Below are positions 11,592 to 23,849 of a DNA stretch of 49,317 nt, in pieces. How positions within the stretch are numbered: the stretch's first letter is position 1; the number at the start of each line of letters is the position of its first letter. The position numbers were made by a program, and so were the translations under genes. The notes beneath the pieces are model-generated. The model did not search any database, was not told the origin of the DNA, and saw nothing but the letters and a program-made list of their open reading frames with translations. Source of the DNA: Girardia tigrina. Taxonomy: Eukaryota. The DNA lies in contig MQRK01238907.1 of NCBI GenBank assembly GCA_001938485.1, positions 1-49,317 on the forward strand, written 5' to 3'.

Positions 11592-13805
11592 TTAGGTTGG
11601 TCGAAAAATAATGGCAGTTTTTGAGCTTTATACTTTGTTTATCTACTTTGATATGTATATAAGTTTAAATGCATTAGTGTTAGATATTATTTGAAATCTT
11701 ATGCCTAGCTGTATATTCATATAGCCATTATTAACATATTGCTGTTATTTTTTTAGAATATTTACGGTGCTAAATTAATAATAGAAAAATAAAAATTCAA
11801 GCAATTTTCTTGTACAAATTTAAACTGGGTCTTAAAGCAGCAGAAACGGTTCGCAATATCCATAAAGCGTTTAGCAAGGGAACAGCTTCTGAGCGCACAG
11901 TGCAACGATGGTCCGAAAATTTTCTGATGGAGATTGTAGTGCTCTACTTACTGACACTGCGTGATTATTTTATTTGCATGTTCTTTGACCTTTGTGTTTA
12001 CTTTCGAGTGCTCTGATGTTTCTTTCGTGTTTGGACGTGTGTTTTTTTATTGTTGATTTTTTTGTTGGTCTTTTATTTCGTGTAGTGGTGTGAATTTTTA
12101 TATTTTTTTGTTTGTGATTTGTTTTCATCTGAGCGAGTTATAAAGTGATTTTGGTCATCGACAGTTTAATCATGTAGCCGACGATCGTTAAATCGGCCAG
12201 TTGGAATGTTTATTTCGAATTTAAAAATTAGTGGAAAAGACACAAGAAATGATGTTAAGGTTTATAATAAAAAAACCATGGTTATGTTACAAAAGTTAAT
12301 CAGTTATTTCGATAAATTTTTCCCTAGTTCCAGTACTTTAAAGTTACTTTATGACAGTAGGGGTTCTTTATTTGATGGTGTTGAAAAATGTCAAAATTGT
12401 AGCTGTTATTCAAAATCGAGGATCAAATTCTATGTCTACATTATTATGTTTACAGAAAACGAATTTTAATTAACAAGTTGTAAAAAATAGATATCATAAA
12501 CATTGAGAATTATTTGTTTTTGGTTCAAAGCAAGAAGCCGTTGGAATTAATAATAATAAAAATCTGATTCAATAATGCAATCAATAAATTCAAAACTTAA
12601 TATATCTATGACTTACGGAATATATCCTACTGCTCATGTAATTATTTCGTTCTCTATTAAACATTGGTTATTTGACGTAGTTTTATTTTTTATTTTGATT
12701 AATTGTTTTTTTGTTAATTTATTTTTCTTTAACTAAGTTTACCAAAAATAAACATTATTCGTTTTGATAAACTTAGTAATAACGTAATAATTTTAGTCGT
12801 AAAAGTAGCGAATATAATAAATTGGTTAACCCATTACTTGTACAATTCGTTACTTTTACAGAGATGAAAACTTTGAAGATGAAGAAGGTCGTGGTCGTCC
12901 AGTTGCTGTGAACAACGACAATTTGAGGACAATGGTGGAAACAGATCCTCGTACAACAATCAGAGAACTTGCAGATGGGTTAGGCATTAGTCATTCAACA
13001 GTCCTGGATCATTAAAAACAACTTGGAAAAATCAAGAAACTTGATAAATTGGTTCCACATGATTTGAATGAAAATCAAAAGAACCGACGCTATGAAAATT
13101 GTCCTGCCAATCATCTTCGCAATAAAAACGATCCATTTCTTGATCGTATTGTTTCCTGTGATGAGAAATGTATCCTGTATGATAACCGACGTCGATCTGC
13201 ACAGTAGTTGGACAAAGATGAAGTACCGAAACACTTTCCAAAACAGAAACTAATACTCCGTAAGGTTATGGTGACAATTTTGTGGTGTGATGCTGGAATC
13301 ATCCACTATAGTTTCTTGAATCCAGGTGAAACAATCACATCGGAGAGGTACTGTCATGAAATTGATGAAATGCACAATTGAAAACCCTTTGTCCGGGATT
13401 GGTCAATCGAAAAAGTTCCATCATTCTTCATGATAATGCTAGACCTCATATTTCAAAAGTGCTCTTCAAAAGCTTAATGAGTTGGCCTATGAAACCCTGC
13501 TTCATCCACCATATTCACCAGACCTCTCTCCAACGGACTTCTACTTTTTCAGGCATTTGTACAACTTCCTACGTGAAAAAATTTTCAAAAACCAAAATGA
13601 TGCTCNNNNNNNNNNNNNNNNNNNNNNNNNNNNNNNNNNNNNNNNNNNNNNNNNNTGCTGATGGAATAAAACAACTTGTTTCTCGTTGGCAAAAATGTAT
13701 TGATGCCAACGGTTCATACTTTGATTAATAAACTTTTGTTTCTGTGAATTTGCACGTCTTTGAAGTTTCTGTCCAAAAACCGCCATTATTTTTCGACCAA
13801 CCTAA
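11592..13805 (+). mobile_element. Full-length but inactivated DD34D mariner (cecropia/Hsmar1-like)
   Basis: TIRs TTAGGTTGGTCGAAAAATAATGGC at both ends, TA TSD. Motifs YKFKLG.KAAET, EDEEGRGRP, VPHDL, DEKCILYDN, HDNARPH, HPPYSPDLSPTDF and RWQKCIDANGSYFD*, with stops and frameshifts. Confidence 0.95.
11935..12860 (-). mobile_element. Solo LTR (926 bp) inserted in the mariner transposase
   Basis: TGTA...TACA termini and a perfect 5-bp TSD GAGAT (11930-11934, 12861-12865). Removing it rejoins the mariner coding sequence (GD|ENFEDEEGRGRP). TATA-like then AATAAA motifs on the minus strand (~12140, ~12075) suggest the orientation. Confidence 0.88.
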
Positions 13806-14381
13806 TAAATAAAGTTTCGTAAATTATTAATAAGTGTTACTTTATGTGCGCCCGCCAAAAAACTTTTTAAATTTAGATTGGTCCGTTGATTAAAAAGGTT
13901 GCTCACCCCTGATCCAAAGCATTATGTGAGAGTTTTGTTACAAACCAATTTAATGGTCTCAAAATCCAAAATATTCACCTAATTTTATTTTACACCAATG
14001 ATACATTACAATAAATACTTATGCAATTGAAATACATATTTTACGAAAAGGTGGAAATTTTTGTTAATAAATTAATTGAACCTGCACTTGGAAATAAACT
14101 GTCGAAAAAACATGTATGTCTTTGAAGCATAAAGTTCGAAAAAATAAATTTCCATGTGTATTTAAGTAGGCTCATTGAATTGTTGAATATTTTACTGAAG
14201 TATGTGAATTAATTAGTTTGGCACAGGAAGTAAATTATTGTTTCCTTTTCTACTCTTTTCCAAGCATTTGTTAATTTTATCATTAAACTTTAAGTAATTT
14301 TTAAATAAGAGTATTATTATGTACACTGAGCTATTAAAACACCTGATTCTTTAACGAAGTTGAAAAGGGGAAGTAAACAAA

Positions 14382-14477
14382 GCGACTAAACAAAGTCTGG
14401 TTGGAAGCAAACAAGATCAACGTTCTGAGTCCATGGCCTGGCAACTCACTTGATTTATCACTGATTGAAATTTGTTG
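14382..14477 (+). repeat. 96-bp copy of Tc1 transposase sequence 17739-17834
   Basis: Two mismatches to 17739-17834. Bracketed by the 15-bp direct repeat GTTGAAAAGGGGAAG (14359-14373, 14474-14488). Confidence 0.9.
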
Positions 14478-14531
14478 AAAAGGGGAAGGTGTAAAAAAAT
14501 GTAATATTAACAAATTTACCAAATATAGTTA

Positions 14532-16167
14532 TGTCGTGACCCTTCTGAGCACAAACATTTTCGTTGACTCCTGAGCCGCCAGTGGTTATTAAGGGTCAAC
14601 CACAACCCGATGTAATTCGCACTTGATTTTATTTTATGTGAAGTTGTCGGGCACCTCTCCTCGCCTGACATTTGACCAGCAGTGCCAGGTCTGGAGGGCT
14701 TGCGGGTTCATTTTAAGTCGGGACGGGTGTGGGCCCTCCAACTAGCTCAGCGCCGCTCGGGACTGATTTCATATTATGTATATGTCGTGCTTGTCGAATT
14801 GCTGCATGGTGTCATTATTTAATATTACTTTATTACGGTGTTGATTGTTTCTCTGCTCCATGTGTGTGCCCCTTATGCTCTGCTTTTCTGAATTGATTAG
14901 CTTATGTCCGCCACCGATGTATCTATCTAAATGATTATATTTATTGTTTCTTATTTTTCGTAATTTATCACCATTATACATCTATATACAAAGTAAAGGC
15001 ATATTAATTCATTATTATTATTAATTAGTTATCATTTTTTTACGTATTTTAACCATGTGATATATTATTATCCTACTATTACTATATTATTATCACAATT
15101 ATTTTATCATTAGTCTATATCAACAACATGTCTTAATTACTATTATCCATCACTTCATTTTATTAATCTATTCATTAACAAACGCTAAAAGGAATAGTTC
15201 TTTGAAGGAATAATTATATTTAACAATCATACGGATACCAATCGGTAAACCGTTTATAGACATACGGTCAACGATTATCTCATGAATACCCATGACCAGG
15301 GCTCGAGTTTATTGCTTCAGCGAGGACGCGACACTCTCGCCACGCGACAGGGACAAACGAAATCTCGCCGCCTTTTCAGGAATTTTGTGGAGAATTGCTT
15401 TCTCTTCATCAACGACATTATAAGTTACTCTGCCAATATTGGACAGGAACAACGACCACAGCGACGACGAGGGATTAACTACTCCTAGACTCTAAAAGGG
15501 GTAATTGGTTTTTATGAATTTATTAATTAATCACTGGTTTATTAAAATCTATATAGAAAAATAAATGTTTCATAATACGTGTATTCAAACAATGAAAAAC
15601 AATGTCGGAAATTTACATTTGTATGTGGGTTTTTGTCGATAATAAAACTGGATCCGGAAGAGTGTTCATCGGTCGGCTTTCGGTTCTCGATTCGTTAATT
15701 CGTGGATCGTTCGGAGTATCTCTGTAATTCGGTAGTGTGGACTCCTGTTTCTTTTTAATCCTTATTTCGTTCTGGTTAATTGTGGTTCAAACGTTGTCTT
15801 AATGTTCTCAATTATGTTCTCTCAAAATGTTCTGATTCTGTCTCGAAAAACTGTTATATTTATAACAGTGTAATTTCTGCCTGTTGTGTTATTTTCATCG
15901 TGGCCGCTTCCGAGTGGCTAGCACCGATGATTTCGGGTTCTGGTATTTACAAATTGTGTTTATTAAAACAAATTATTTTTGGCGTCCATTTTTTTGATTT
16001 ATTTTTTTTAAAAAAAATAATTAAAAATAAATATATAAGGTTTTTTATTATATTTTTAATTTATTTTTTTTTAAATAATTAATTAAAAATAAATATATAA
16101 GGTTTTTTATTATATAAAGAAATATTTTTGTAAATATTTAAATAAGTTAATTTTGGGGGTCACTACA
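14532..16167. mobile_element. TG...CA-bounded element (long solo LTR or non-autonomous TIR element)
   Basis: Ends TGTCGTGACCC / GGGTCACTACA (10/11 inverted match), GC-richer interior with no recognisable ORF, flanks TATAGTTA / AATAGTTA. Confidence 0.65.
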
Positions 16168-16506
16168 AATAGTTATTCTACAATATTTATCCTAAAAATT
16201 GTCTGAGTCGAAACCTTAATTTCAACTACTTCTTAATTAACTACAACTGTACTGATGCAGCCTTTATCCAATTTAGTAGTAAAATAAAATCTCACTCTAT
16301 CATACAATCGAGAATTTTAACCTAATAGCCCTAATTTCCTAACTACTTAACCTTAGAACTGGATTACTGAGTTTCTTCTCAATAATTTGATAATTGTTAA
16401 TTTTTTTAATATGTCAAGTTTAATTTTATGTTTAAATTTTGGAAACTAATAAAAATATCGATTGAATTGTTATAATTTATTATATAGATATTTATAAAAA
16501 AGTTTT

Positions 16507-16886
16507 ATGTCTAAAAAAATAGATGAAAATGTCGATGAGCAAAGTTTTATAAGTGAAAACAGTATTCATTCAGAAGATTCTCTTATAATTGAAGTAAATG
16601 AAGAAAATCGACTGAGTTCTATTATATCATTTTCAAGTCCGCATCAAGGTGTTTACAACAGATCGAGATTTACGAATCCAGAGATAGATCTAACACTAGA
16701 ATGTGTAATAGTTCCTTTGTTGCCAGAGACTTTAATGTTGTGAATTGTCTTGATCGATTTAATTTATTTGAATGGAAACCAGCCTTCTTAAGAGTGAAAA
16801 TTATCGATTGGCGTTTGATTATTAACAAATGGGGGCTGCATTCTTATGGCCCGAATACCGATAGCTGCCCCCATTGGGAAAAGTAA
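16507..16886 (+). pseudogene. Unidentified frame-shifted coding relic
   Basis: Two overlapping ORFs (acidic N-terminal part, then FEWKPAFLRVKIIDW...GPNTDSCPHWEK) with coding-like composition, lying just before the Tc1 at 16925. No family recognised. Confidence 0.3.
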
Positions 16887-16924
16887 TTTCAAAGAGTTTT
16901 CATGCTGCTTTTACATCCAATAAA

Positions 16925-18162
16925 CAGTCGTGGCCATAATTCACCGGCCACCCTTGCATATTAAAGAAAATTAATATTTACCTATGTGTGTGTGTGAAAG
17001 TGCATGTAAATAATGTTCTTAACCAACATCCAATAAGAATACATCTTAAGTAGCGTACCCACAATGCTATTATGATATATAAAAGTAAAATATTAACCGC
17101 ACTGCAGTAGCCGACACTCTCAGTCTTCATCAAGTCACCGGCGCCTTTGCCTATACGAAACGCTGTGGACGGTCACGTATCATATGCAAGTTGACAGACC
17201 GGGCCATTTTGAGATCTTGCAAGACCAATCCATTTACTGGTTCCCGCGCAATACAAGCTGATCTTCCAGCTAACATTGATAAATTTCCTAGTGCACGAAT
17301 CATTCGTCGACGTCTGGTTGAAGAAGAATTTCGATCGTACAAACCTGCCAAGAAACCGCGTTTATCGTCGAAGAATATTCGTGATAGGCTCGTGTTTGCA
17401 AAAGCTTTCCAATATTGGACAGGACTTCAATGGCCTTCGGTGATGTTCAGTGTAGAAACCACAATCTGTCAGAAAGGCACATGGATCAGCACGGTGCGCC
17501 GGCCGCCTGGTCACCGCTTTAGGCCACAGTACACTGTTCCCACTGTGTGGAGTGCGCCAAAAGTTATGATTTGGGGCGCAATTGCAGCCAGAGGTCACTG
17601 CGGTCTTTGGTTCTGTTCCAAGGGAACTACTATCACTTCGCCTGTGTACAATGGCATTCTTCGCGATAAGGTCCAACGTTTCTTTCAAATGCGTCAGTGC
17701 AATTATTTCCAACATAACGATGCTTCATGCCATTAATGGCGACTAAACAAAGTCTGGTTGGAAGCAAACAAGATCAACGTTCTGGGTCCATGGCCTGGCA
17801 ACTCACCTGATTTATCACTGATTGAAATTTGTTGGAGAATAGTGAAAGAAAAGATTGCTTAGCATGCCCCCACATCATATAATGACCTACTTGACGTGAT
17901 TAAACGTGTTTGGGTACAAGAGATCAACCTCGAACTCACTGACAATCTAATCGTGTCAATGCCACGCCGATTGGAAGGAGTGATTAATGCAAAAGGTGGC
18001 CACACAAAGTACTAGTGGAAGAGTGTTTGAACTGTACATCCATGTCTGTATTCTTCTTATTATTTGTATGTACTAAATATATCCTTAATACTTCGTTAAA
18101 ATATCAGTTAGTCAAAAATCTCAGTATTTCTAGGTGTGGCTGGTGAATTATGGCCACGGCTG
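16925..18162 (+). mobile_element. Tc1 (DD34E-type) transposon, degenerate
   Basis: TIRs CAGTCGTGGCCATAATTCACCGGCCAC / GTGGCTGGTGAATTATGGCCACGGCTG, TA on the right only. ORF 17191-17736 (PAKKPRLS, VMIWGAI, FQHNDASCH), then WPGNSPDL..IE and SMPRRLEGVINAKGGHTKY*. Confidence 0.92.
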
Positions 18163-18439
18163 TAGATTTGAATAGATTTCTTATTGTTAAAAAAACTTGA
18201 AGAAAGATGTGCTCTATATTTGAAATGAAAAGGATGCAACTTTCTTCAAAAATTGTTTGATTTTGTTCATGGGTGATTGAAAAAAGTCCTGGTGTTATAT
18301 CGTTATTATATATAAAAGTGAATTTACTCTTGTTTACTTGTTAAAAATACAAAGTTTCAATAATGTATAATTTATATTTCAGTTCTCATCAATTGAGTTT
18401 TTATTCAAATAACCTATAGTTTTAATATTTGACGTTTGT

Positions 18440-19271
18440 CCCAGGTTTGTTCATTCCTTGTCGTTCTTTGGAATTAGGCATACCACAAACGTCTTTACAC
18501 CGTATTTTGCATAAAGATTTGAGTCTTAAGGCTTATAAAATTCAGTTAACGCACAAACTCCAGACGGCAGATCATCAACAACGTCGTGTCTTTACTGATT
18601 TGGTCCTTTAAATGCATAAAAAAGATCCGGAATTCCATCAAAAAATCACCTTTAGTGATGAGGCCCATTTGCACCTCGGTGGCTCCGTTAATTGTCACAT
18701 CTGGGGCTCAGAAAACCCAAGAGTTATTGTTGAAAAGCCTCTTTATCCTCAACGTGTGACTGTTTGGTGCGATCTTTGGTCCGGCGGGGTCATTGGACCT
18801 TACTTTTTCAAAAATGAGGCTAGAGCAACAGTTAGGGCGAATGGATTGCGCTATCGAGAAATGATTAATAACTTTTATGTCCAGAATTGGATGGTATTAA
18901 TCTGGAACACGTTTACTTTCAACAAGACGGCGCTACGTGCACATAAGCAACGAAACCATTGATCTTTTACGAGAAAAAGCTACGTGAAAAAGAAGGTCTA
19001 CGCCAGCAGCTCAGCGTCGATTCAAGATCTCAAAGATGGAATTCGTGAGGTTGTCAAGCATATAGGACAGCCACTTTGCAATTTGGTTATGGGAAATTTT
19101 ATGAAAAAGGATATGGTCCTGTAGGCGTTGACGTGGTAGTCATTTGGTTGATGTTATTTACCATTACTACCGGCATACCTTCCTCTTTATGTAATAAATA
19201 TACGATCATTTATCTTAACAAATGGATTTTTCTTTGAATATCAAAATAACACCTCTTATTGGAAAACCCTG
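18440..19271 (+). mobile_element. 5'-truncated rosa/DD41D-type Tc1-mariner element
   Basis: Peptides LHRILHKDL.LKAYKIQL, FSDEAHLHLGG, WGSENP, RVTVWC.LWSGGVIGPYFF and FQQDGA; right TIR ...CTTATTGGAAAACCCTG followed by TA. Confidence 0.85.
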
Positions 19272-19632
19272 TATATTGGATTTAATATAAAAATCAGATG
19301 TTGGCAAAACGAAGAATAAAATTTAAAAAAATTGCACTGATTCGTCCGAGTTATTATGTTACCATTTTCTCGTTAGAGTGAAGTCGTAACTTTATGTGTA
19401 CAAGGGTTGTGACTTTATTGAAGCATTATTTATCTCTTTGAGTCTTATATTCAATCATAAAACAATCAAAATAATAATTCACAAGAGACAAGACTTTTAT
19501 TCAAGATATAAAATTAAAAAGTAATATAACATAAAGACGAGTAAAAATGTGTACGGTCGTAAGAAACATTACAAATATACATAAACTTATTCAACATTCT
19601 TCACTTTTGACACATTGCAGTCTTTTGTAGAA

Positions 19633-21291
19633 TCATTTTTTTTGGGACTTTCTAAATTTACTTGAACAAAATGCCAGAAAGAGGACCAGTCCACTCGATA
19701 AAATTATTAATCCGCAAGATATGAACGGCCAATCGAAGGACTTAGTCGCATCGTATATCAGTCCGGAAAGTGGAGCTCCACATAGAAATCCCATTGCTTG
19801 AACAATAAAAAGCATACCGAGACCGTTACTGAAGTCAGAAATATCCAATATTTGAACCAACAAAACCGGCCCCAAAGTTGCATATCCGCCCATAAATATA
19901 CCAAAACCGACCGTGTAGATGACCATTAACGGGTAAAAGAACGCAACTCGACTCATAAGAACAAATAAACCGGCTAATATCAAACAAAAACTGTTCATCA
20001 GATATGTATTGACTTTCCTTGCACCTAAAATACCGAATCCGAGACGACCAAAAATATTTCCTATTCCGAGACTTGTCAGTAACCAGGTTGCCTTAGTATC
20101 TGACACATTTAGTTCAAGGGCTTTACTTTTAACATAGAGGTAAGGGGTATCGTATCCCATATAACCTAACAGGTTGGAAAGGAGAAAAAGAAGAAATATT
20201 GGTTTTCTAAACAACTTCAAATATCCACACGACTTTTTAACGTTAACGATTATAGGAGCGTCTTTAGAAACCAATTCGATATTCTTTTCACTTGTTGGTT
20301 CTATGGCAGCTTTTATTTGAAGATTACTGGCAACACTGATCCCCACCAACACAGATATGGGTACATTGACGACGTTGACTGAATTTTTATCTATTTCTCT
20401 TTTACTTAGTCTTAGGCTCCTCAGAGAATAGTAATACTTACTCGATTCATCACTTACCGATGTTTTCGAAGCTATATTAGCCATCGATATGTAATTGAAA
20501 ATATTGGAGTCCTTTGAACCGAAAACACTTGCTATTTGATCAACTGGAACGATTTCATTTTGTATTTCGATTTCCCCATTTTCTTTATTCTTTTCTTTTG
20601 CTTTCAAATTAACCGGTCGAAATGTCAAAGAACACAACACAGCAACTATATAGAAAAGACTGTAAATGACTTTACTCAATTTCCAACCGAATCTGTCTAT
20701 AAAAACTGACATTAATGGTGTTATTGCAAAGGAAGCGATTCCCGAACCACATGAAAACACTCCCATAGCGATTGGCAAACGTTTTTCGAAATACGTGGTT
20801 AAAATGACATTAATGCACATGAAAGAGAGTCCTTGGGCAAATGGAACGATGACTGATCCCGTTAGAAATGTGAACCACAATGTCGGATAGAAGTACGTAG
20901 ATGGGTAAGTTATACCCGCAACAAAAAGGCCAACTCCAGACACGACTCGATATCCGAATTTCGTGCCCAAATAACCACCCAAAGGAGCTACAATAAGACT
21001 TATGGAAGAAAAGATTGATATCATCCAACTCATTACACTAGGAGAAATTTTGAATTCTTCTATGAAGTCTTTAGTAAAGACAGCGAACGAAACGTAGATC
21101 CCCGTAATAATTATCCGAATAAACAGTGCCGAGGCCAAAACAACCCATCCCCAGCCGCCATCGGGGATGTTAGATTTGTTGTTCGATGTCAATTGACAAT
21201 TATCCGGCACGTCTTTGGCTTCTTCGTCAGTGACCTTCGATTTCGTTAGATCCTGACTTTCCTCTCCAGCCGGCGTGACTTCGATTGTCAT
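19633..21291 (-). CDS. Monocarboxylate transporter (SLC16/MCT family, MFS), 552 aa, intronless paralogue of 3435-5129
   Basis: Uninterrupted ORF with PDGGWGWVV, YFEKRLPIAMG, GNIFGRLGFG and GAPLSGLIYD; colinear with the first copy. An acceptor-like TTACAG lies 9 nt upstream of the ATG. Confidence 0.95.
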   Translation of the reverse strand: MTIEVTPAGEESQDLTKSKVTDEEAKDVPDNCQLTSNNKSNIPDGGWGWVVLASALFIRIIITGIYVSFAVFTKDFIEEFKISPSVMSWMISIFSSISLIVAPLGGYLGTKFGYRVVSGVGLFVAGITYPSTYFYPTLWFTFLTGSVIVPFAQGLSFMCINVILTTYFEKRLPIAMGVFSCGSGIASFAITPLMSVFIDRFGWKLSKVIYSLFYIVAVLCSLTFRPVNLKAKEKNKENGEIEIQNEIVPVDQIASVFGSKDSNIFNYISMANIASKTSVSDESSKYYYSLRSLRLSKREIDKNSVNVVNVPISVLVGISVASNLQIKAAIEPTSEKNIELVSKDAPIIVNVKKSCGYLKLFRKPIFLLFLLSNLLGYMGYDTPYLYVKSKALELNVSDTKATWLLTSLGIGNIFGRLGFGILGARKVNTYLMNSFCLILAGLFVLMSRVAFFYPLMVIYTVGFGIFMGGYATLGPVLLVQILDISDFSNGLGMLFIVQAMGFLCGAPLSGLIYDATKSFDWPFISCGLIILSSGLVLFLAFCSSKFRKSQKK

Positions 21292-22767
21292 TTTTCAATT
21301 CTGTAATTTTAATTTTTATTATCCGAAATAATATTTAAACAATTTTAATGTTTATAGAAAATCATTTTTTTTCAAATATTGAAACACTTAACCATCATTT
21401 TCCAGACAAAAAAACAATTATTTTCGAACTTCAATTTAAAACAAAATATATTTCAATAATTATAAAAAAATATAAAATTTAATTATTTTATTTTTAAGGA
21501 TAGAAATTAATACCCCCCAAAATTATATTTTTTCTGAATAATTATTTTTTTCACATTTATTACTTTCTTTTTTAACTTAATTATTTTATTAACTAAAAAA
21601 ACCGATATACTTTATAATGTGTAAATAGGAGAAAAGAAGGAACAGAAAATTTGAATTATAACATTATTAAAAAAATAATTTAATACGTTTTTCTGATATA
21701 TTAAAAATTATTCTAATAATATTTACATTTTATATTAGAAAATCCTTAGAGAAATTTTATTATAATAATAATTAGTAATCCTTTTTTTATAATAAATTTA
21801 TGTTTAATAATTAAATTTTAAGAAATAATATTTTCTAGTGAAAATTAATTAAATTAATTAACGGCGAAAAGTATTAAAAAATAAAAGTCTATTTTTCCAG
21901 CAAACGGAAATATCAAAGAATTTTAATTTTTCAAGAATTATTATTAACGCTTCCTCGCGACTGGTTTGTTAATATACTATCTCCTGAATAGATCCTGTTA
22001 ACGTAAATTAATTAAATGTATAATTATTAATTAATTACTTTATTTTAACATGTAATTTATTAATTAATGAATTTTTTAATATAAAAATGTAAAAAAAATG
22101 AAATGAATGAACTTCAGTACAGACATTTTATCATACTGGTGGCGAGAAGAAGTATTACGTAACACCAATCACACTGAGTTAATACACACACGTATACACG
22201 CACACATGGAGGGTCGAGTTCACAACTGTCAATATACTTATTACGTCATATGTAATTATACTACTTGCGAAAAATAATAATTTTATTAATAAATTAAATT
22301 TTTGAAACAATTTTATCAATAATTAAAACTTACTGTTGGTTCCCCAAAAGAATGAAATAACATTTGGGAATACGTTCAGTAACTTTGTTTATATATAATT
22401 ACATAATGTTATGCTAGACACAAAGCGTTGTTATTATTTCTAAGAACGATTGTTAATGATGGTATAATGTAAATAAACGGCAAGTTTGTCGTCATTATGA
22501 GACCACGTCACGTGGGTTGGCAAATATTAGTCTCGATTTGCGTTGGAAGTTAAGGTTACAATCCTTTGTAAAGGTTATATAATACTTATTATCATATAAT
22601 CTTATCAAATATTCATGCACTCTCAGACCTCGTAAATAGTAGGCGGTCGAAAACAGAAAGTACGACATCAATTTATTCCTGTTACTTTTGAAAAAACCGT
22701 GAATAAAAACTATCAAATGATAATCAATTTTAAATAAATCGATTTTATTCCTTAAAATGATATATAT

Positions 22768-23146
22768 CAGGCTTGGCCAAACAGGCAATCGCTATCTATC
22801 TACCAGTCGATCGCGACACGTATTTCAGTTAATCTATTACTAAAAGCCGAAAGTATTAAGTTTTTTTTTGAAAATTTGATTTTCAAATCGAAAAAAATTC
22901 TTGAAATTTTTTTTTCTGAAAATATTTTTCGCAAATTGGAAATCACACTTCATTACGACTAGCAACTGATTGAAGACATTTTTAATAGTTTTTCTATGTT
23001 TTTTATTTAGTTTTTTATTTATTTGATATTTGTTTAATTTTAAAATGAAGTTAAATTAATTAAGCATTTAAATTTTTTAATGGGTAGATCTTGAGGTAGT
23101 TGGGTCCAAAAGGGTTGATATTTAGTACAAAAAGTTTGAGTAGTCA
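22768..23146. mobile_element. Degenerate hAT/Charlie-type MITE
   Basis: Left end CAGGCTTGGCCAAAC...CAGTCGATCGCG; eroded right end GGTAGATCT...AAAAAGTTTG. TSD not resolvable. Confidence 0.45.
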
Positions 23147-23849
23147 ATTAAAACTAGAAAATTTTTTAACAATATTTTGATCCCGAATTCTAATCATGTT
23201 TGTAGTTGAAGTTTCAATTAATATTAATTTTCCTTCAAATATTATAATTTTCTTGTGAAATATCTTCGTTAGTTATATTTTAATATAATCTTTAATAGCG
23301 TTTTTTACGTCATAATTTGTCTTTATTTCAAGTTTTAATGTTGTAAAAATTTTTTTGGAATATATTTCATTAAAAGATACCATTATTCAAGGGAATTAGG
23401 GTTAGGCCTAGGGGAGGGTTGTTAATTTCTACCTAAGTAAACAAATAGAATAAGGTTCTTTATCCTTGCAAATGTTACAAAGATTGAACTTTGATAGATA
23501 GATCATCTTCATCAATTTCAAAAGATGAATTTTTTATTCTTCAGAAGAATTTCGATTAACATTATCATTAGCGAATCATTACTAATAAGACACTACAACA
23601 CATTGATAAACATCCAAAATGGAAAAAAGTAAAGAAGTCTCTATATTAAATATCTTTAAATAAAATGAAAATATTAACCAGTTAAATTGAGATTTTATAT
23701 TATTTTTCTTAGAAAAATTCCTTATATATGATTAAAAATTAAATAAACTATTAAAATTAAAAAAAAAAGTTAATACAACACAAATAAAGTTACTGAAGGT
23801 GATCAAAAATTGTAATCAAAATATATTTATTCTATAAATAATTAATATA

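Larger units (their letters stand above)
10693..13911 (+). mobile_element. hAT (Charlie/SPIN, GTF2IRD2-like) element, internally deleted, hosting nested insertions
   Basis: TIRs CATGGGTGAACAAC / GTTGCTCACCCCTG; 8-bp TSD ATCTAAAG / ATCCAAAG. Transposase remnant ~11100-11471: SPFNIDVDTVPLDFQMEVIDMQ...FGSANLCEQLFSTMKLNKNNHRSRLTD...QYQISH*. Confidence 0.88.
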
